Part shown: piece by piece, positions 1 to 13,420 of the stretch
How positions within the stretch are numbered: position 1 is the stretch's first letter
Layout: each line of letters opens with the position of its first letter
Source: Lingula anatina
Lineage: Eukaryota > Animalia > Brachiopoda
DNA length: 64,000 bases
Assembly: GCA_051362555.1 (NCBI GenBank)
Contig: CM120641.1
Coordinates: 7,936,001-8,000,000, forward strand
Reading direction: 5' to 3'
Notes under the pieces: generated by a model
What the model was told of the DNA's origin: nothing
What the model saw: the letters and a program-made list of their open reading frames with translations, nothing else
The model's database searches: none
Made by a program: the position numbers and the translations under genes

Positions 1-68
1 AGCAAATGGTAGGAGGTAGCAACAGGAAACAGGAAGTTATAGTTTCCTGTGCGTTATGTATAGATAGT

Positions 69-171
69 CCAGCTTCACCACCCTGAGTTTCAGAGATAAC
101 TGGAAACTTACCTCCATTATCAGCATGCCTCTGCTGTTGCCAGTAGCATCTGAAACTCAGGGTGAGCTTGA
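69..171. repeat. Short foldback element (MITE-like)
   Basis: caccctgagtttcaga (79-94) is inverted as tctgaaactcagggtg (149-164). Confidence 0.55.
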
Positions 172-892
172 AAGATATCAGTTTGCACACAGTAGTATAT
201 AACTATAGTGGCATTTTATTAGTGAACTATAATTTTTTGCATGCCAGTGTCTGTGACTGACCAAAAGGAAGCAGATGTACTTATGATGATACACTTAATA
301 ATATTCCTTTAACACACTTAAGTCGTACTGTAAAAAGGCTTTCACCATTTTTTTTAGATAGAAATTAGTAGTTAATGCACCATATAACTGTACTTATTAA
401 CAGCGGGTTGACTTATAGCAACTAGCATGTGTGTTTCTTAGTAATCTGATAGTAAATATGTGCGGTAGCAGGTGCTGTACTAAATATTCAATGAAGCATA
501 TCCTGTTAACTTCACGCTTTATTAAATTCAGGTGTATGCTGCAGCAATATACTGGCCATGAAATGATGAAAGGTTAAATTCCTTCTCAGATCTCTCTCTC
601 TCTAGCATGCTTTATATTTTTGCCAATTAGCTGAATAACACTGCTATAAAAAGAAAATTTGATTTGATGAAACATTAATAAAAGTGAAATTATTGACCCA
701 AAGCAATGTTTTTATGCTGTAGTCAAAAGGGAGAAAAATGGTAGAGGTTACATTTTAACCCTTGGCCAAATTGCCACTGGCTTGTCATTTCATGGTCAGC
801 TAATTTGGTGTGTGTCTTAATGCTCATGTTGTATGTTTTCTGTTTGATATAATTTTTTCTTGTACTTTTTCATTTTGCACCTGCCATTTTAG

Positions 893-1011
893 ATACCTTC
901 CCCAACTAATGTCAGTGTAAGTATAATGTATTTGGTATTGCCATCTTATTATTATTTTGGTCTTTCTTTCTTGTTTTATATTAAATGATATTTGCACTGC
1001 CAGTCAATTCT

Positions 1012-1043
<32 letters not shown>

Positions 1044-4000
1044 CCTTCCCCCCTCTCTCCCTTTTTTCAATGTTAGGTATTCTTTTTCCTTCTCTTTTAC
1101 AGTTCTTCTGACCAATCTTCCTAGGTGTTTGGCTTAAAAATTATTTTGTCCTACTGTATCCACCGTCCCCAACCTCATCTTTTCATTGTTCTTTTTTCCT
1201 TCCCCCTCTTTTGTAGCTCTGCCTCTCACCAAGCTGTCAACCTATATTGTCCTACCAGAGCCTCCTCTCTTATTTCTTAAACTGAATTTATATTTGTTTC
1301 ACAAAGTCATGCAATATGACTATTTATTTCCTTATCCATCCATCTCTCTTTTGCAATTTTCCCTGTGTGATTGTAATATTCGCATTTATTTGGCCTTTGA
1401 GCATGCTCAGTGTGTATTTTGTAACCTATTGATCATTTTTTGCATAGTGATTGTTATGCTTTCAAAGTTAGATGATTGAGTTTTCACTTGTAGTTTTGTC
1501 GTGGTCTTGATTTCTCTGCATGCTAACAGTCATTGTGACATGTAGTGTTGAATGTATCTTGCACTTAAAAAACATTTCCTTGTAAGTTAAGAAAGATTAT
1601 TCCTGCCTGTCTGTGAAATTTGTTCTGTCACCTTTGTCAAACATGATACCCACTGGATATTGGTCATAAAATGTTTGTGATGACTTTGTATGTGTGTTGT
1701 TTTTTTTCTTCTGTTACCTAGAAACATGGAACCACCTTAAAGAGCCCAAAGCCAGTGAAACTAAATGCGGAGGTAATGTGAGATTGCACTGGAAGCTGTA
1801 TAGTTGTGTGGCATGTTATGTTTTCAGAAGTGTTTAGTTTGAACCCTGAGCTCACTGTGATCTATACTGAAGTTGGTTGAAATATAAAATTTGCTGATGT
1901 ACTTCTCAGTTTAATGGTCACTAGGACTTGTAGACCTTAAAAACCCAAGTCTGACTCAAAATTTATTAGTCCAAAGGTAAATTTTGTGAAAATTGAAAGT
2001 TTATCTAAAAATGATGGTTTTAACTGTTATTTAACTAGGTTCTTAATATTGAAAAGTTCATTTATTATTAGTTTGCAGCCAGTAGCCATATCAATTGCCC
2101 AGGACTGATGACTAATGTTTCAAACTTTATAAAAAAGATAAATATAAAACACATTCGTGGTGACTATAGTTCAGTATTAACTACTAATTGAAGAAAGGTA
2201 AGTGTCTACGTGACAGAGAGTCCTTGTCAACTTTTGTGTATAGTAAAATTATTATTATGTTGAAATGATACAGTTAAATAAGGCTAAAAGTTGAACATAA
2301 AACATGGACATACTGTTAAAATCAGTTCTGCTTATTTTAACCAACTTCATTTAATATCCCCAGGTACTTAATTGTTTTTAGTGTAGCATAGCTGTGCTAG
2401 CTTTACTAATATTGAGATTGGTTTTGCAGTATGATTTTACAACCAGTGTTCACAACAGGACTGAGTTAGACTTGGACTAGTGTAGCTGATGTCACAAGAT
2501 TGCTAATTATTAGGCTTTAAAGCTGTTTAGGTTTAAAGCCCTATACCACATGGCTGTTGTGATGTATGTTATGAATTATGCTAGACTAGTTTCTGTCTAA
2601 TTTAGTCATGTGAACAGGATCCTAGTTATGATTGCTGTACTCTGTATGCACAAATGGCCAGAAGCTTATTTATGTACTGAAGATAAAAATTTAGCTTTGT
2701 GAACTTCATAAGGTTACCTTATTTGTTAATAGGCTCTGTTGGCTTAAAATTTTATGTGCCACTTAGACTTCATTTACTGATCACATTTGCTAGTGAATTG
2801 CAAGAAGTCTGTTGCATATTTTGTTTTAGGATGTCTTTGATTGAGGCTCTTCTCTCTGCTCTTATATTTGCTTTTGCTTCCTGAATATTGTATATCTGAG
2901 ATGTTTGTTTCAGTAATCATATAGTATGAGAACCCACACTTTGAAATATACACACAATATTGTTACAATTTTGCATTTTCTTCTCCACTGGATGAATTTT
3001 AAAATGAAAAAGAAATTATATTAAGATTTTGGGGCAAAGTAAAAAATCAAGACATATTTCAGTTTGAGCAAAAGGAAACCCAAGTTTTTTTTTTTTTTGT
3101 TTGTGGTATTTCTTGGGGTTTTATGAATTGTATAGTAGTAGGTATCTGAAATATTTATTTTTACCAAAGATACAATGTTTAAAAATTGTTTACATGATAT
3201 GTAAACATTAAGTAAACACATTGGACTGAGAATTTTTTTTTCAGTTTAACTAGAAATCTCTTTGAGAATTTTTATGTGGTTGGGTGTAGTAGTTAGTTGT
3301 AAGTGTGAGTGTACATGGGTGAAAGTTTCTGCATTATGCTGGATTTCCAGATTGTCAGTCTTCATTTGTTGCCCTGGACCTGTCAGGAGGCCCCTGTCCT
3401 TCGGCTACATTTTTAGGATTATCACTTTCTTACAACTTTCACCCATGGAGTGTATCTTAGGCACATTGCCTGTCTAATCTGCCTGCTGGTCTGGCCACCT
3501 CTATTGAGTTAAATTGCTGTGATTAGGTAAAATGTTATGGATGGCAAGAAATTGTGATCACAGTTTATGCTGAGTTCAGTGTAATCCATCAGACCTGGAC
3601 TGGGAATGTGCCTTTAGATCTAGACAGTTGTATGTAGTAAGAGTCCTGTATTGCTATTCTGAATTGAGTATGGTAGTCCTGAAGTAAGTAAGGACACCAA
3701 TTTCATGAAAATGGAAAAAGGATTACGTCCTTTCAAGCTAGACAACTATTCCAGTTAAATATTTTTTCGGAAGTAACACACTTTGTTGTAGCTTTAATGC
3801 TAGAAAAACATTTTAATACTTCATATGCTGGTTTAGAATAAGATAAGAGTGGATGAGGAATATGCTGAAACAATTCTATAGAATAGACTAATTTAATACA
3901 CATCCCTAAAATAATAAATCCAGAAAAAGCATTCCTTTCAAGCCTAACAATAATAACAGTTTAATTTTCTTTCTTTCATAAGAAGTTAATTTTGTTGTAG

Positions 4001-6548
4001 CTTCAGTGCAGGAAAAACAGATATATTCTTGAGATGCTGATGTGGAATCAGATTAAGTGGATGGGAAAAAATCCTATAGAGCCGATTAGTTTCATAGACA
4101 TTCGCAGAAGAATGAAATGATCCAACCAGTTATTTACAAAGACTTGAAACTGACAAGTGGAAAAGAATTGAACAACCAGAAAATTGATTTGGAAGCTTAA
4201 TAAGTGTTATCTGCGTAAATATAGACATAAAATCACAGAAACCAGTATGGCAACTGGCAGTTATTTTGGTAGCATGTGAACTTGGCGAGCCAAGTGCCCC
4301 TGGACTAATAGTGGCACCAGGAAAGCATGGTGGATAAAATGATCTAATTATAATTTATTTATAAGATGCAGGTAATTCTGTAGTAAGATTCAAACAAGAA
4401 AAGAAGGTTATATTGTAGTATAGTTAACATGTTTTTGAATGAAAATGTTATTTTTATTTCAGGAGCAAGCCAAGATAGCAAAGCTAGGTCTAGAAATGAA
4501 GTTAATCACATCGGAAATGGATGCTGAGACAGAAAAATGGGAGGAACCAGACAATGATATCGTGAAACGTGCCAAAAACATGTCCAGCATGGCATTTTCT
4601 ATGTACTTGTTCACTCGGGGGGAGGGTCCTCTCAGGACCACGCAAGACCTCTTCACCCAGGCTGAGTATTTTGCAGAAGAAGGGAATAAGTTGTATAAGA
4701 CTGTGAAGGAGTTTGCACAAAAGGTTTGTTGCAGTGAATCTTTTAACTCTTGCCCACTCACCACAAAGACAGGTATACCCAAGAAAACTTCTGGTCCCAA
4801 TCAAAATTAAGTAATCCCTGATGGATATCTATAAATGATGGAGATATAGTTTTTAACAAACACTAGAATTTCCACTAGTCTGATCAGACCCATAGCTTTG
4901 TTGGGTGTAATTCATATTAATATCATATTATTTCAAAGAAATTAAAGAAATATTAGCTCTGTTACACATCATCCATAAACTTGTACTGGCTGTGCTGATT
5001 TTAATAAACAATTATATGTACCTAATAAGTATATGAAGACTCTTAGACACCACTTGAGATAATATTCTGTTTCTGGACTATCAATGTTTATCAAAAGATG
5101 GTTAGTATGATTATGATAACATGGCATCCTCCATGTAGTGACTTGGGCAGGTTACTGATGGTTCCCCATGAAGAGGATGCAACCTCATCACGGGCACAGA
5201 GTTTATATATTGATTTACATTTTAAGTCCAGAAATAGATGTTTCAGAAATGTGTATATACTTATACTTTAATTATATGTTTTACCTTGTTCTCTGACTAC
5301 AGATTCCAGTTGGTGGACAGAGGTCAGAATTGGTGGCATATTTAGACAAAATCCCAACGTTTTGTCAGCAACTCCATTTTACCATCAAGTCTCCCACTGT
5401 TGGCAAGACGGCTACATTTAATAAGGTATGATACTTATGCTTTTATATAACATGGACACATTACCAAAACAGTGGTGTAAAAAGAAAAGTAATATAATAA
5501 ATATATTTTTTCTCTCAATCTGATGCTGTCTGTCCTAGTATGTGGGTAAAGGTCATGGTTTTTATACCCAAGACCAGTATTAAAATGATGCCCCATGTCC
5601 CTGTGCAAAACTATCTGTAGATTGATACTAAAGCAAGGGTGAAAGACATGAACTTGGTATGCTGGTAACGCAATGTGTATAATAATTCTGATTGCCACAT
5701 AAGCAACACCATCAGTTGTATGTTCCACAAAAAGTTGACATCAATACTGGTTTCTACAGATCCAGATCCAGATCCAGATCAGATCCAGATCCAATCCAGA
5801 TGTGAATTGTAAATATTAACTTGAACTTGTTTAAGCAGGTTATGAGGGTGCAAACCAGTGTGTTTCAGTTTGAGTTTTATCCTTTATTTTCCATACAGGT
5901 GGACAGTGCAATTCAAGAAACAAAGAACCTCATGAATGCTGTGTCCAAAGTTGTCACGACATGCTTCATATGTTCAACAAAGGTAACTTGAGGTTTGTTC
6001 TGAAGAGGTCTTACTTTCTAAATGATGGCACTAGATGGCTGGTGAATTTACTCATGGTGGGATTAGAAATACTCTGGTGTGATGAAGATCTTTATGAGGG
6101 TGGGGGCTATTGTGATCTGTGTGGCTGGCAATGTCTGAAATTATAGTCTCGGGCCTTTTAAATGAAATTGTTTGTGACTTGGACCTGTAGATTTGTAATT
6201 GCAATAGCTCTATTGATAATTTTAACTATTTGTGGTGTGATTGTGAAAATACTTGTTATAATTTTTCTTTCTCTTTTATATTGTGAATTGAGGTCTATTC
6301 AGAAATTTTACCTTAAAGGTATATAAGAATATAAAACAGTCCAGTAAGTGTTATGATTTATTTTGTTGCAGTATAACATAGATTATCATGGTTCGCCATC
6401 AGTGACTCATAAATGGAGAACACCTCCTCAGCTGGATATTCGCAGCAATGGGAGCGACACAGAGTCTGTGAAGAGTGACGGAGCAGTAATGAAAAGCACA
6501 TCCTTTCAAAAACATGTTGCAAGCATGAATGCTTTTGAGCAACTCTGA
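893..6548 (+). CDS. CTNNAL1: Alpha-catulin (vinculin/alpha-catenin family), 3' part; gene starts upstream of the window. Exons 893-916 (microexon), 1722-1772, 4463-4723, 5303-5425, 5899-5982, 6372-6548 (stop)
   Basis: AG/GT-bounded phase-0 exons splice in frame to KHGTTLKSPKPVKLNAE-EQAKIAKLGLEMKLITSEMDAETEKWEEPDNDIVKRAKNMSSMAFSMYLFTRGEGPLRTTQDLFTQAEYFAEEGNKLY...KVDSAIQETKNLMNAVSKVVTTCF, the alpha-catulin C-terminal domain. Confidence 0.9.
5757..5801. repeat. (AGATCC)n microsatellite in an alpha-catulin intron
   Basis: direct reading: cagatccagatccagatccagatc... Confidence 0.85.
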
Positions 6549-9291
6549 AAGTTTCACCCAGGCAATATCATAGGTGGTACTTTAAGCATGAATACATATT
6601 AACTACTGTTGAAAGCTTCAGCCTGAAAAAAAGTTTAGGTGGCACTTCCATATGAGGGTTATATTCACGACACCCTTTGACCCACTTTTCATACTTTTTT
6701 GAAGAAATATTATATGCTGTACACTGAGTGATACCAAAATTTTAAGGTGCGTGTGCTATAATATTTGTAAGATACAAATCTCCAGCTAGCAATGAGTATA
6801 AATTGCCAATGAAATATTATGAAGTAGATGATCTACAAATGGTGTCTGAATGCAAATAAGATAAATGAAGGTCATGGGTTGCAATATTTATCCCTATTAA
6901 AGTTTCAGTGCAGTGTTGCATCCAATAAACTACTCAATACATGGGCACTGTTTTCTTGGCTGTCACCAAGAAAATGGAAATGAACTCCTCTGCGGTGACT
7001 AAACCATTTAACTTATGTGGTTGGCAGATCAAGGATGCAGTGAACAGTTGCTGTTTGTTGCTCACACCAGTGAACAGAAGGTAATGCCAGAAAAAAAAAA
7101 AAAGCTAAAAAGCTGACTGCTTATTTTGAACACTTAAACAATTGCATGGCCAGCACAGTGTCAGCTACAGCTTGGTGTGAATATGTGGTACATGTACAGT
7201 CTGCTTTGGGGGGAAAATGTATCCATGATCCATCTCATCTTTAAAGGTGGTGGATTTCAACAGGGTGCAACCGGAAGCTGTAATCAATTTTTAAAGGAAA
7301 TGGATCTTGATTGTTGCGAAACTGAATAACATTTTTTTTAATACTTGTGTTCTTGAAACATGATGCATGTGCAAAACAGTACAGTGGTTTGCATTTCACA
7401 CTTACCTCTTTATATAACAAATGTGACAAGGATGAAGTTGTTTTTATAAATATACAAATTTTGAAACAAAAGGCAAAAAGGAAATATAGTCAAGTTTACC
7501 TCAACACAACAAAGAATTAAAATATTGTGAATGGTGATTCCTTAAAGATGCATTTGTATGTGTATGGAATATTAGCTCTCACATTAATTTTGTGCTGTTG
7601 TAGTAATCTTTTTACCTGTAGAAAATTGATAGGAAGTATTTTAAAGGGACAGTTTATTCAATTTGAGACAGGGAAATCAATTGCAAGCATTCTAAATCTT
7701 TTAAAAGCATTTTTAAATAACTTGTTGATCATGGCTCTGTTGATCTGTAGATGAAGTTACCAATGCCTTTTTTCTTGAGTTTGCTGCTTATGTGACAAGC
7801 AGACAAGTAAGTAGGTAAATAATATCCCTTTAAGTGCAAGAATAATTATTACACTACTTTGAAACATATAACTTGCATTTGCAACCTTAGCACAAGCAGT
7901 TTTGAAAAGAGTTTTTGTTACTTTAATATGGCTGTTTTAGAGTTGTGTTGACACCTTTTCTATCTAGTTCTGTCATGGTGAAATATGAAAGTATAGGCAG
8001 TTCAAGGGTCAGCAATCCTTACATTTAAAACTCAGAAGACAGTATTTCTACTCAAGGATATATAGATAATTGTTTTAGTAATGATCATAATTAGTCAAGT
8101 TTTTAATTTACTAATTGAAGAATTCCATGATAATCATACTCCAGTAATATTTTAATTCAGGCCTCTGTTTTGGTTGTCTTGGTTAGGAAATTTGAAGAGT
8201 TAAATGTTTAACTTAAAGATAATAGCTTGATGCAAAGTTAATATTTAGTTAATTGCTCTCTGCCTGAGCTTATGCATAATAATAAAATGTAGTTATTCAG
8301 TCAAGCAAAGCCCTTTAATTTTTGACATGCACCTTGTTACCAAAATTTTTTAGTTTCCATATATGAACTCCCAGATTGTTCCCATTTTTCATGTTTGACT
8401 TGCCATTGAAATTCATACCACATAATTCCAACTGGCTAGGTTGATATTTTTTGTTATAGTTTTAAAGTATGAAGCATTGTTGATTGGTTGCTACTTAGGC
8501 TTTTTTTAACCACCAGCAATTCTGATTAGATGAAAAATCAGATGTGAGGGTTAGATTGATTATCATTTTCACCCTCAGCAGTGGGTTTTAGTTTAAGCCT
8601 AATCTTCGTTGCCTCAGTTGGCTCATTTTGTACACAATGTAAATAATTTAGTTACCCATGTAATTATAATTTTTCATCTAATACATACCAAGTGTTTCCA
8701 CAGCAAAGTTTAGAGCAGTTCCAATTTTTGCTCACATGTTACTTTAACATATTTAATTTTACTTGTCATTATCATCAGTTTAGTAAAATATCATGTTTAT
8801 TTGTGATTTTAGTACTTGAAAAGTAGGTTAAAAAATTAGATCCGATTTTTTTGTGCTGTAGATGTGAGACAAGAATTATATATTTGAATTTCAAATTCTT
8901 CAGTCCAATATTGTAATAAGAAAGTAAAAATGGTTCGGATTTCATATTTTAACATTAAGCCATATTTCTTTTCATGTAGATATCATTTAATTGAGTTTAA
9001 GTTCAAATGAAATTTTAGTAAATCTAGTCATTTTAATTATTTATAAATTTTGTAGGTGCTATACACTCCAATACTGGAGCTATTGATTTTAAGTATTACA
9101 ATATAATAGCATTTTAAATATAAAATATTATGTTAAATATGAATTGCATATCAGCATATATTTATTACTTTTAAGATGCACTAAAATATTACCTGAATTG
9201 AATTTGATTTTATTCCAGCTATATTCCAACTAGATTTTTCATATGCAACTTTGCATTTCAAGTATTTTATAATTATCAAAGACTGCATGCC

Positions 9292-9516
9292 CAGGCCTAC
9301 CCAACTACCAGATACATAAGGATCCTGAATTACCCAGTATATCGAACCACACTACCCGTTTTCAAGGTGTGTGTCAGATCGCTTTCGGAGTATCAGTCGG
9401 AACACCGACAAAGAAATGCGATCTAACGCACACCTTGAAAACGGGTAGTGTGGTCCAATATACCGGTTAATTCAGGATCCTTATGTGCTGAGTCTGGTAC
9501 TAGTTGGGTAGGCCTG
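9292..9516. mobile_element. Foldback MITE-like element in the probable alpha-catulin 3' UTR
   Basis: caggcctacccaact...agttgggtaggcctg ends, with near-continuous inverted arms (taaggatcctgaatta / taattcaggatcctta; ccacactacccgttttcaaggtg / caccttgaaaacgggtagtgtgg). Confidence 0.8.
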
Positions 9517-10508
9517 ATGCCAGAACCAAGAAAGTAACTGGTTCATTGGATTGGACTCTTTTAAAGTTAATTATCATGGTTTAAGACATGTTTTCTTAGA
9601 GTTTCATGATCCAAGCAACACATTTTCTGAATATTTCAGGGAAGAGTGATATATCATTTTAACAGTAATTTCTGAAAAATCTTCTTTCAAATTTGTGCCA
9701 GCCAGTAAATTGCTTAGTGCAGCTTTTATACACATATACATATACTGACAAGGTTCCCACTCAGAATCATGTTACTTTATGGTGTAGAGATATTATTAGT
9801 GTACAATATATCTTCATTAATTTGGTTTTGCTATTCTACATGTTAAGTTATCAGTCAGTTTTGTCATATAAAAGAAGTTCATATTTGATCTATGTCTTAA
9901 TTTTCTTTATCTGGCATGCCTAAGGATAGAAAAGAGGGAGACACCTGGTGCTTCTTTTTGTTTACTTTCTCTAAAGATTATCAAACAATAACCAGAAATG
10001 AACATATTCAAGCATTTTGCAATTGCAATATTTATTACATTCCTTAAATGAAAAAAAAATCAACTTCTTTTTAAAAAATAATTTATAACATGCACAGATG
10101 ATCTGTAATGTTGCATCTTTGTTATTGAACCTGGTAACCAGGCTTCAATTCGTAATGTGAAATAATTATCAAAATTGTTCTTGAACAATAACTTAAAATA
10201 AGTTTCATATAAATTGTCACATCACTAAATTACAACATCGATTGTGTTTTTACAATAACATACATTTGTGATCTTTGGTATCAGTTAAAAGGAAATGTAC
10301 CGTGAGATTCACTTGTCATTTGTCGTAAAGCATCTACTTCTATCACTCAAAATACTTTTGGACCAGAGAGTTCTGACAAGTTTAGAGAGAGAATAGCACC
10401 ATGCAGGAAATGATAAGCTTCACAATGGCTTTTGTGAACTAAAGTATCAAAATTATTTTTCATATACACACTTATATTTATGTTAAATAAGAACAGAAAA
10501 TGGGCATT

Positions 10509-10549
10509 TGGCCTGATGATGCTCTTCAGACAAGAGCGAAACGTAGCTG
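10509..10549 (+). ncRNA. Minimal type I hammerhead ribozyme motif of the kind found in Penelope-like elements
   Basis: tggc CTGATGA t GCTCTT-cagac-AAGAGC GAAA CG TA gctg: conserved core, perfect 6-bp stem II, palindromic ACGT at stem III, weak 4-bp stem I (two G-U pairs). Confidence 0.6.
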
Positions 10550-11122
10550 TCTGATAGGAACGGAAAACTTTAAAAAAGATTTGTGCAATGAAATTTGGAA
10601 TGGATCTTTTGTGAGGTATTTTTTAAAATACATAAAGCTTTCCATATAAAATGCTCAAGGATGTTATGAACACATAATGAACAAACGAAGGTGCATACCA
10701 TCAGTTTCAAATAAAACTGGTCACTTGAAAAAAAAAAAAAAAAAAAAAACTGGCTACCCTTTTGTTTGAATTTGTGTTTTAAAAAAATGAAAAGGTGAAA
10801 GATTACCCATCTTACATGTTTATCTGCAATGAGTAAAGATGCAAGTTTTTTATGCAAGAAAATTTAACAAACCTGAAAGGGAAAACTGTGAATATATCTT
10901 AAAAAGTGTTCTATGTATCCAATATTCTGGTTCCTAGAAATGTGCCTGGTTCATTAAAAACACATCAGCCTGCTGAGTGAATCAGTTAAGAAAACTATGT
11001 TTAGAACCTAGACATCATGTAAATACCAATATATACATTAACAAAATGTAAGAAAACACTACAGCTTTTTGTAGCAACTTAACAAAACTAGGTGTGGGTA
11101 TATTTAAAAAACTTCAGAATAA

Positions 11123-11370
11123 GGGACCGTTCACATGAAAGATCTATTTTCTTAAAATCTAAAAATCTCTTTGCGGTATCTTGTGATCAGGGTCTGTGCC
11201 CTGAATACCCTGCTGTGTAATTACTGGCAGCACCGAGAATTAATTACTTTGGAAGAAACTGGCTTGCGCTGCCCGTAATTACGCCGTGGGGTATTCAGGG
11301 CACAGACCGTGATCCAAAGATACCACAAATAGATTTTTAGAAAATAGATTTTTCATGTGAACGGAGTCTA
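11123..11370. mobile_element. Foldback MITE-like element in the probable FLACC1-like 3' UTR
   Basis: ccgttcacatgaaagatctattttct / agaaaatagatttttcatgtgaacgg and ggtctgtgccctgaataccc / gggtattcagggcacagacc inverted arms. Confidence 0.8.
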
Positions 11371-11643
11371 AATCTGTGACATTAACCATTTCAAAAAGAA
11401 TGGAAACCAGTATTATACTAATATACCCCGTTCACACTAAAGTCATTTATTCGAATAAATAACGAATCAGGTCCTGATTTGAATAACTGTAGTGTTGCAT
11501 CTTTGTTATTGTAACTGGGTATTAAATACATTTGAGCTTTAATTCCACTGCCCACTAGTTAAATGTGGTGTCAGCTCTAGCACCAAAATTATTGAAGACA
11601 ATAACTGCTCTTGCTGTTGTTAACCTGGACTTTCCTTCTTTTT

Positions 11644-13384
11644 CTAAACATCTTCCTGTGTTTGATCCATTTGGTCATCAAGTGCCCAATGGACACTTTT
11701 ACTTAACCTTTGTTCAGCCATGGCCATAGCACTGGACCGCGGCCTAATAGGGGGCTCTGAAGGCCTGTCACTAATATGGCGAGTTTGACCAGCACATAAC
11801 TGTGCCGCTTCAGCCTCACTTCTAGTGATAGGGGCACTAGCTGGCCTGACATATAACTTCCGGGGTTTTGAATCCAGTTTTGGATCCACTGCTGCCACGC
11901 TGACATTGGCTCTGGTTCTACTGGTGATCAAGGCTTGCATGGTATCTTTGGCACTTTGTACTCGCTCCAATACTGCATCCTCTGTGGAGGTTTTCTCATC
12001 AAATAACTCACCACACTTCTTGACATACATTTGCCTGAAATACATTAATATAATTCAACTGACTGAATATATTTCATAACTGATGAAATTTATGATCACA
12101 TCTTTGTCATTTTCATATCATTTTGTATTTAAGCTATATTCAATTATAACATTATGCTTCTATATAAGTTGATTAAGTTGATTTAAGTAGCAGGGATTGG
12201 ATGGAACTCAGCTGGAGTGGGATATTTTATCCCCCTGGAAATAAAGCTGTGAGATATTTTGCATATGAGTGGGATTTTTACTTATTTATTATTATCATTT
12301 TTTTGACAATTGTGATTTAATACCTTTGTTGGTCATAAACATTGTAATACCAAAAAAAAAAAATTGAAAATTTCAATATTATGTATTCATTTATCATTAT
12401 TATGTATTAAAATTATATTAAGTATCCATTCTGTGCCCTTAAAGTTTGAACTGCTACAAGGAATAGAGAAAAGCACCAATAGCTCACCTCAGTTCTGTGT
12501 TTTGCTTCATGAGACTGTGAATTTCAGCCTTGTACTTGTCGTCTACGTCTCTTACTTTTTCCTCAAACCTGGTCTCAAAATCTGACAACCGGATTTTCTA
12601 AAGAAAAGGTAAATGTTCAATATATATTTCATCTTCTTTAATTGTTTAATTTAAAATTTCAAATGGAAATCTTGTGATAGGAAAATTACTGTTATTTTCA
12701 TTCTACACAGATGGATCCTACTTGGGGGGGGGGGGGACTCTTTCTAAATGCAATCAGATTAATAGATTAACACGCCCCATCCTGGCATTGAGTAGAATAC
12801 AGAAAAGGTTATTATACAGGAATGTTGGAATTAGAGGAAGCATGTTAATCTGTTCATCTGATTGCATTCAGCAAGAGTCCCTTCAGAGTTTGATAGATTC
12901 ACCTACAATAATAGTTTCATTGGGAATGAGCCCTTAGTAAGTTACTCACAGCATCAGTGTAGTCATTCACAGTCCTATTGAGTTGCTGTGTAGTCTCTTT
13001 GTGCTCTCTCTGTAGTGTGGCATGCTCTGACTTGAGTTCTTTCAGTTCCTCTTCCACTTCCTGTAACCTCTCTTGATCTGCTGCAGCATTAGCAAATCTT
13101 CTCATTATTGCCTAAAATATGAAACATATATATGGTGATTATTGCTGTTAATTGATTTTAATGCAATTATATTTTTATTTTTATGTTTTTTTAGATCTGA
13201 AGTTAAGATTCCCAAACATTGAGATTCTCAAAGACTAGCTATTTTGTTAACTGACAATACATCAAATTCAATAAGCCCAATAATCACACATACAGTATGA
13301 GTGAAGTGATTGAAAAGTGAAGAAGCTTTCACCAATTGATTCTTAAAGTACAGGGTCTTCTGTGTGTGCATGTGTGTGTGTGTG

Positions 13385-13420
<36 letters not shown>

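Noticed and set aside
1186-3477. Short hydrophobic ORFs in the track, here and throughout introns
   Set aside because: Low-complexity AT-rich intronic sequence, often with TTG/GTG starts, with no splice-consistent frames or recognisable motifs
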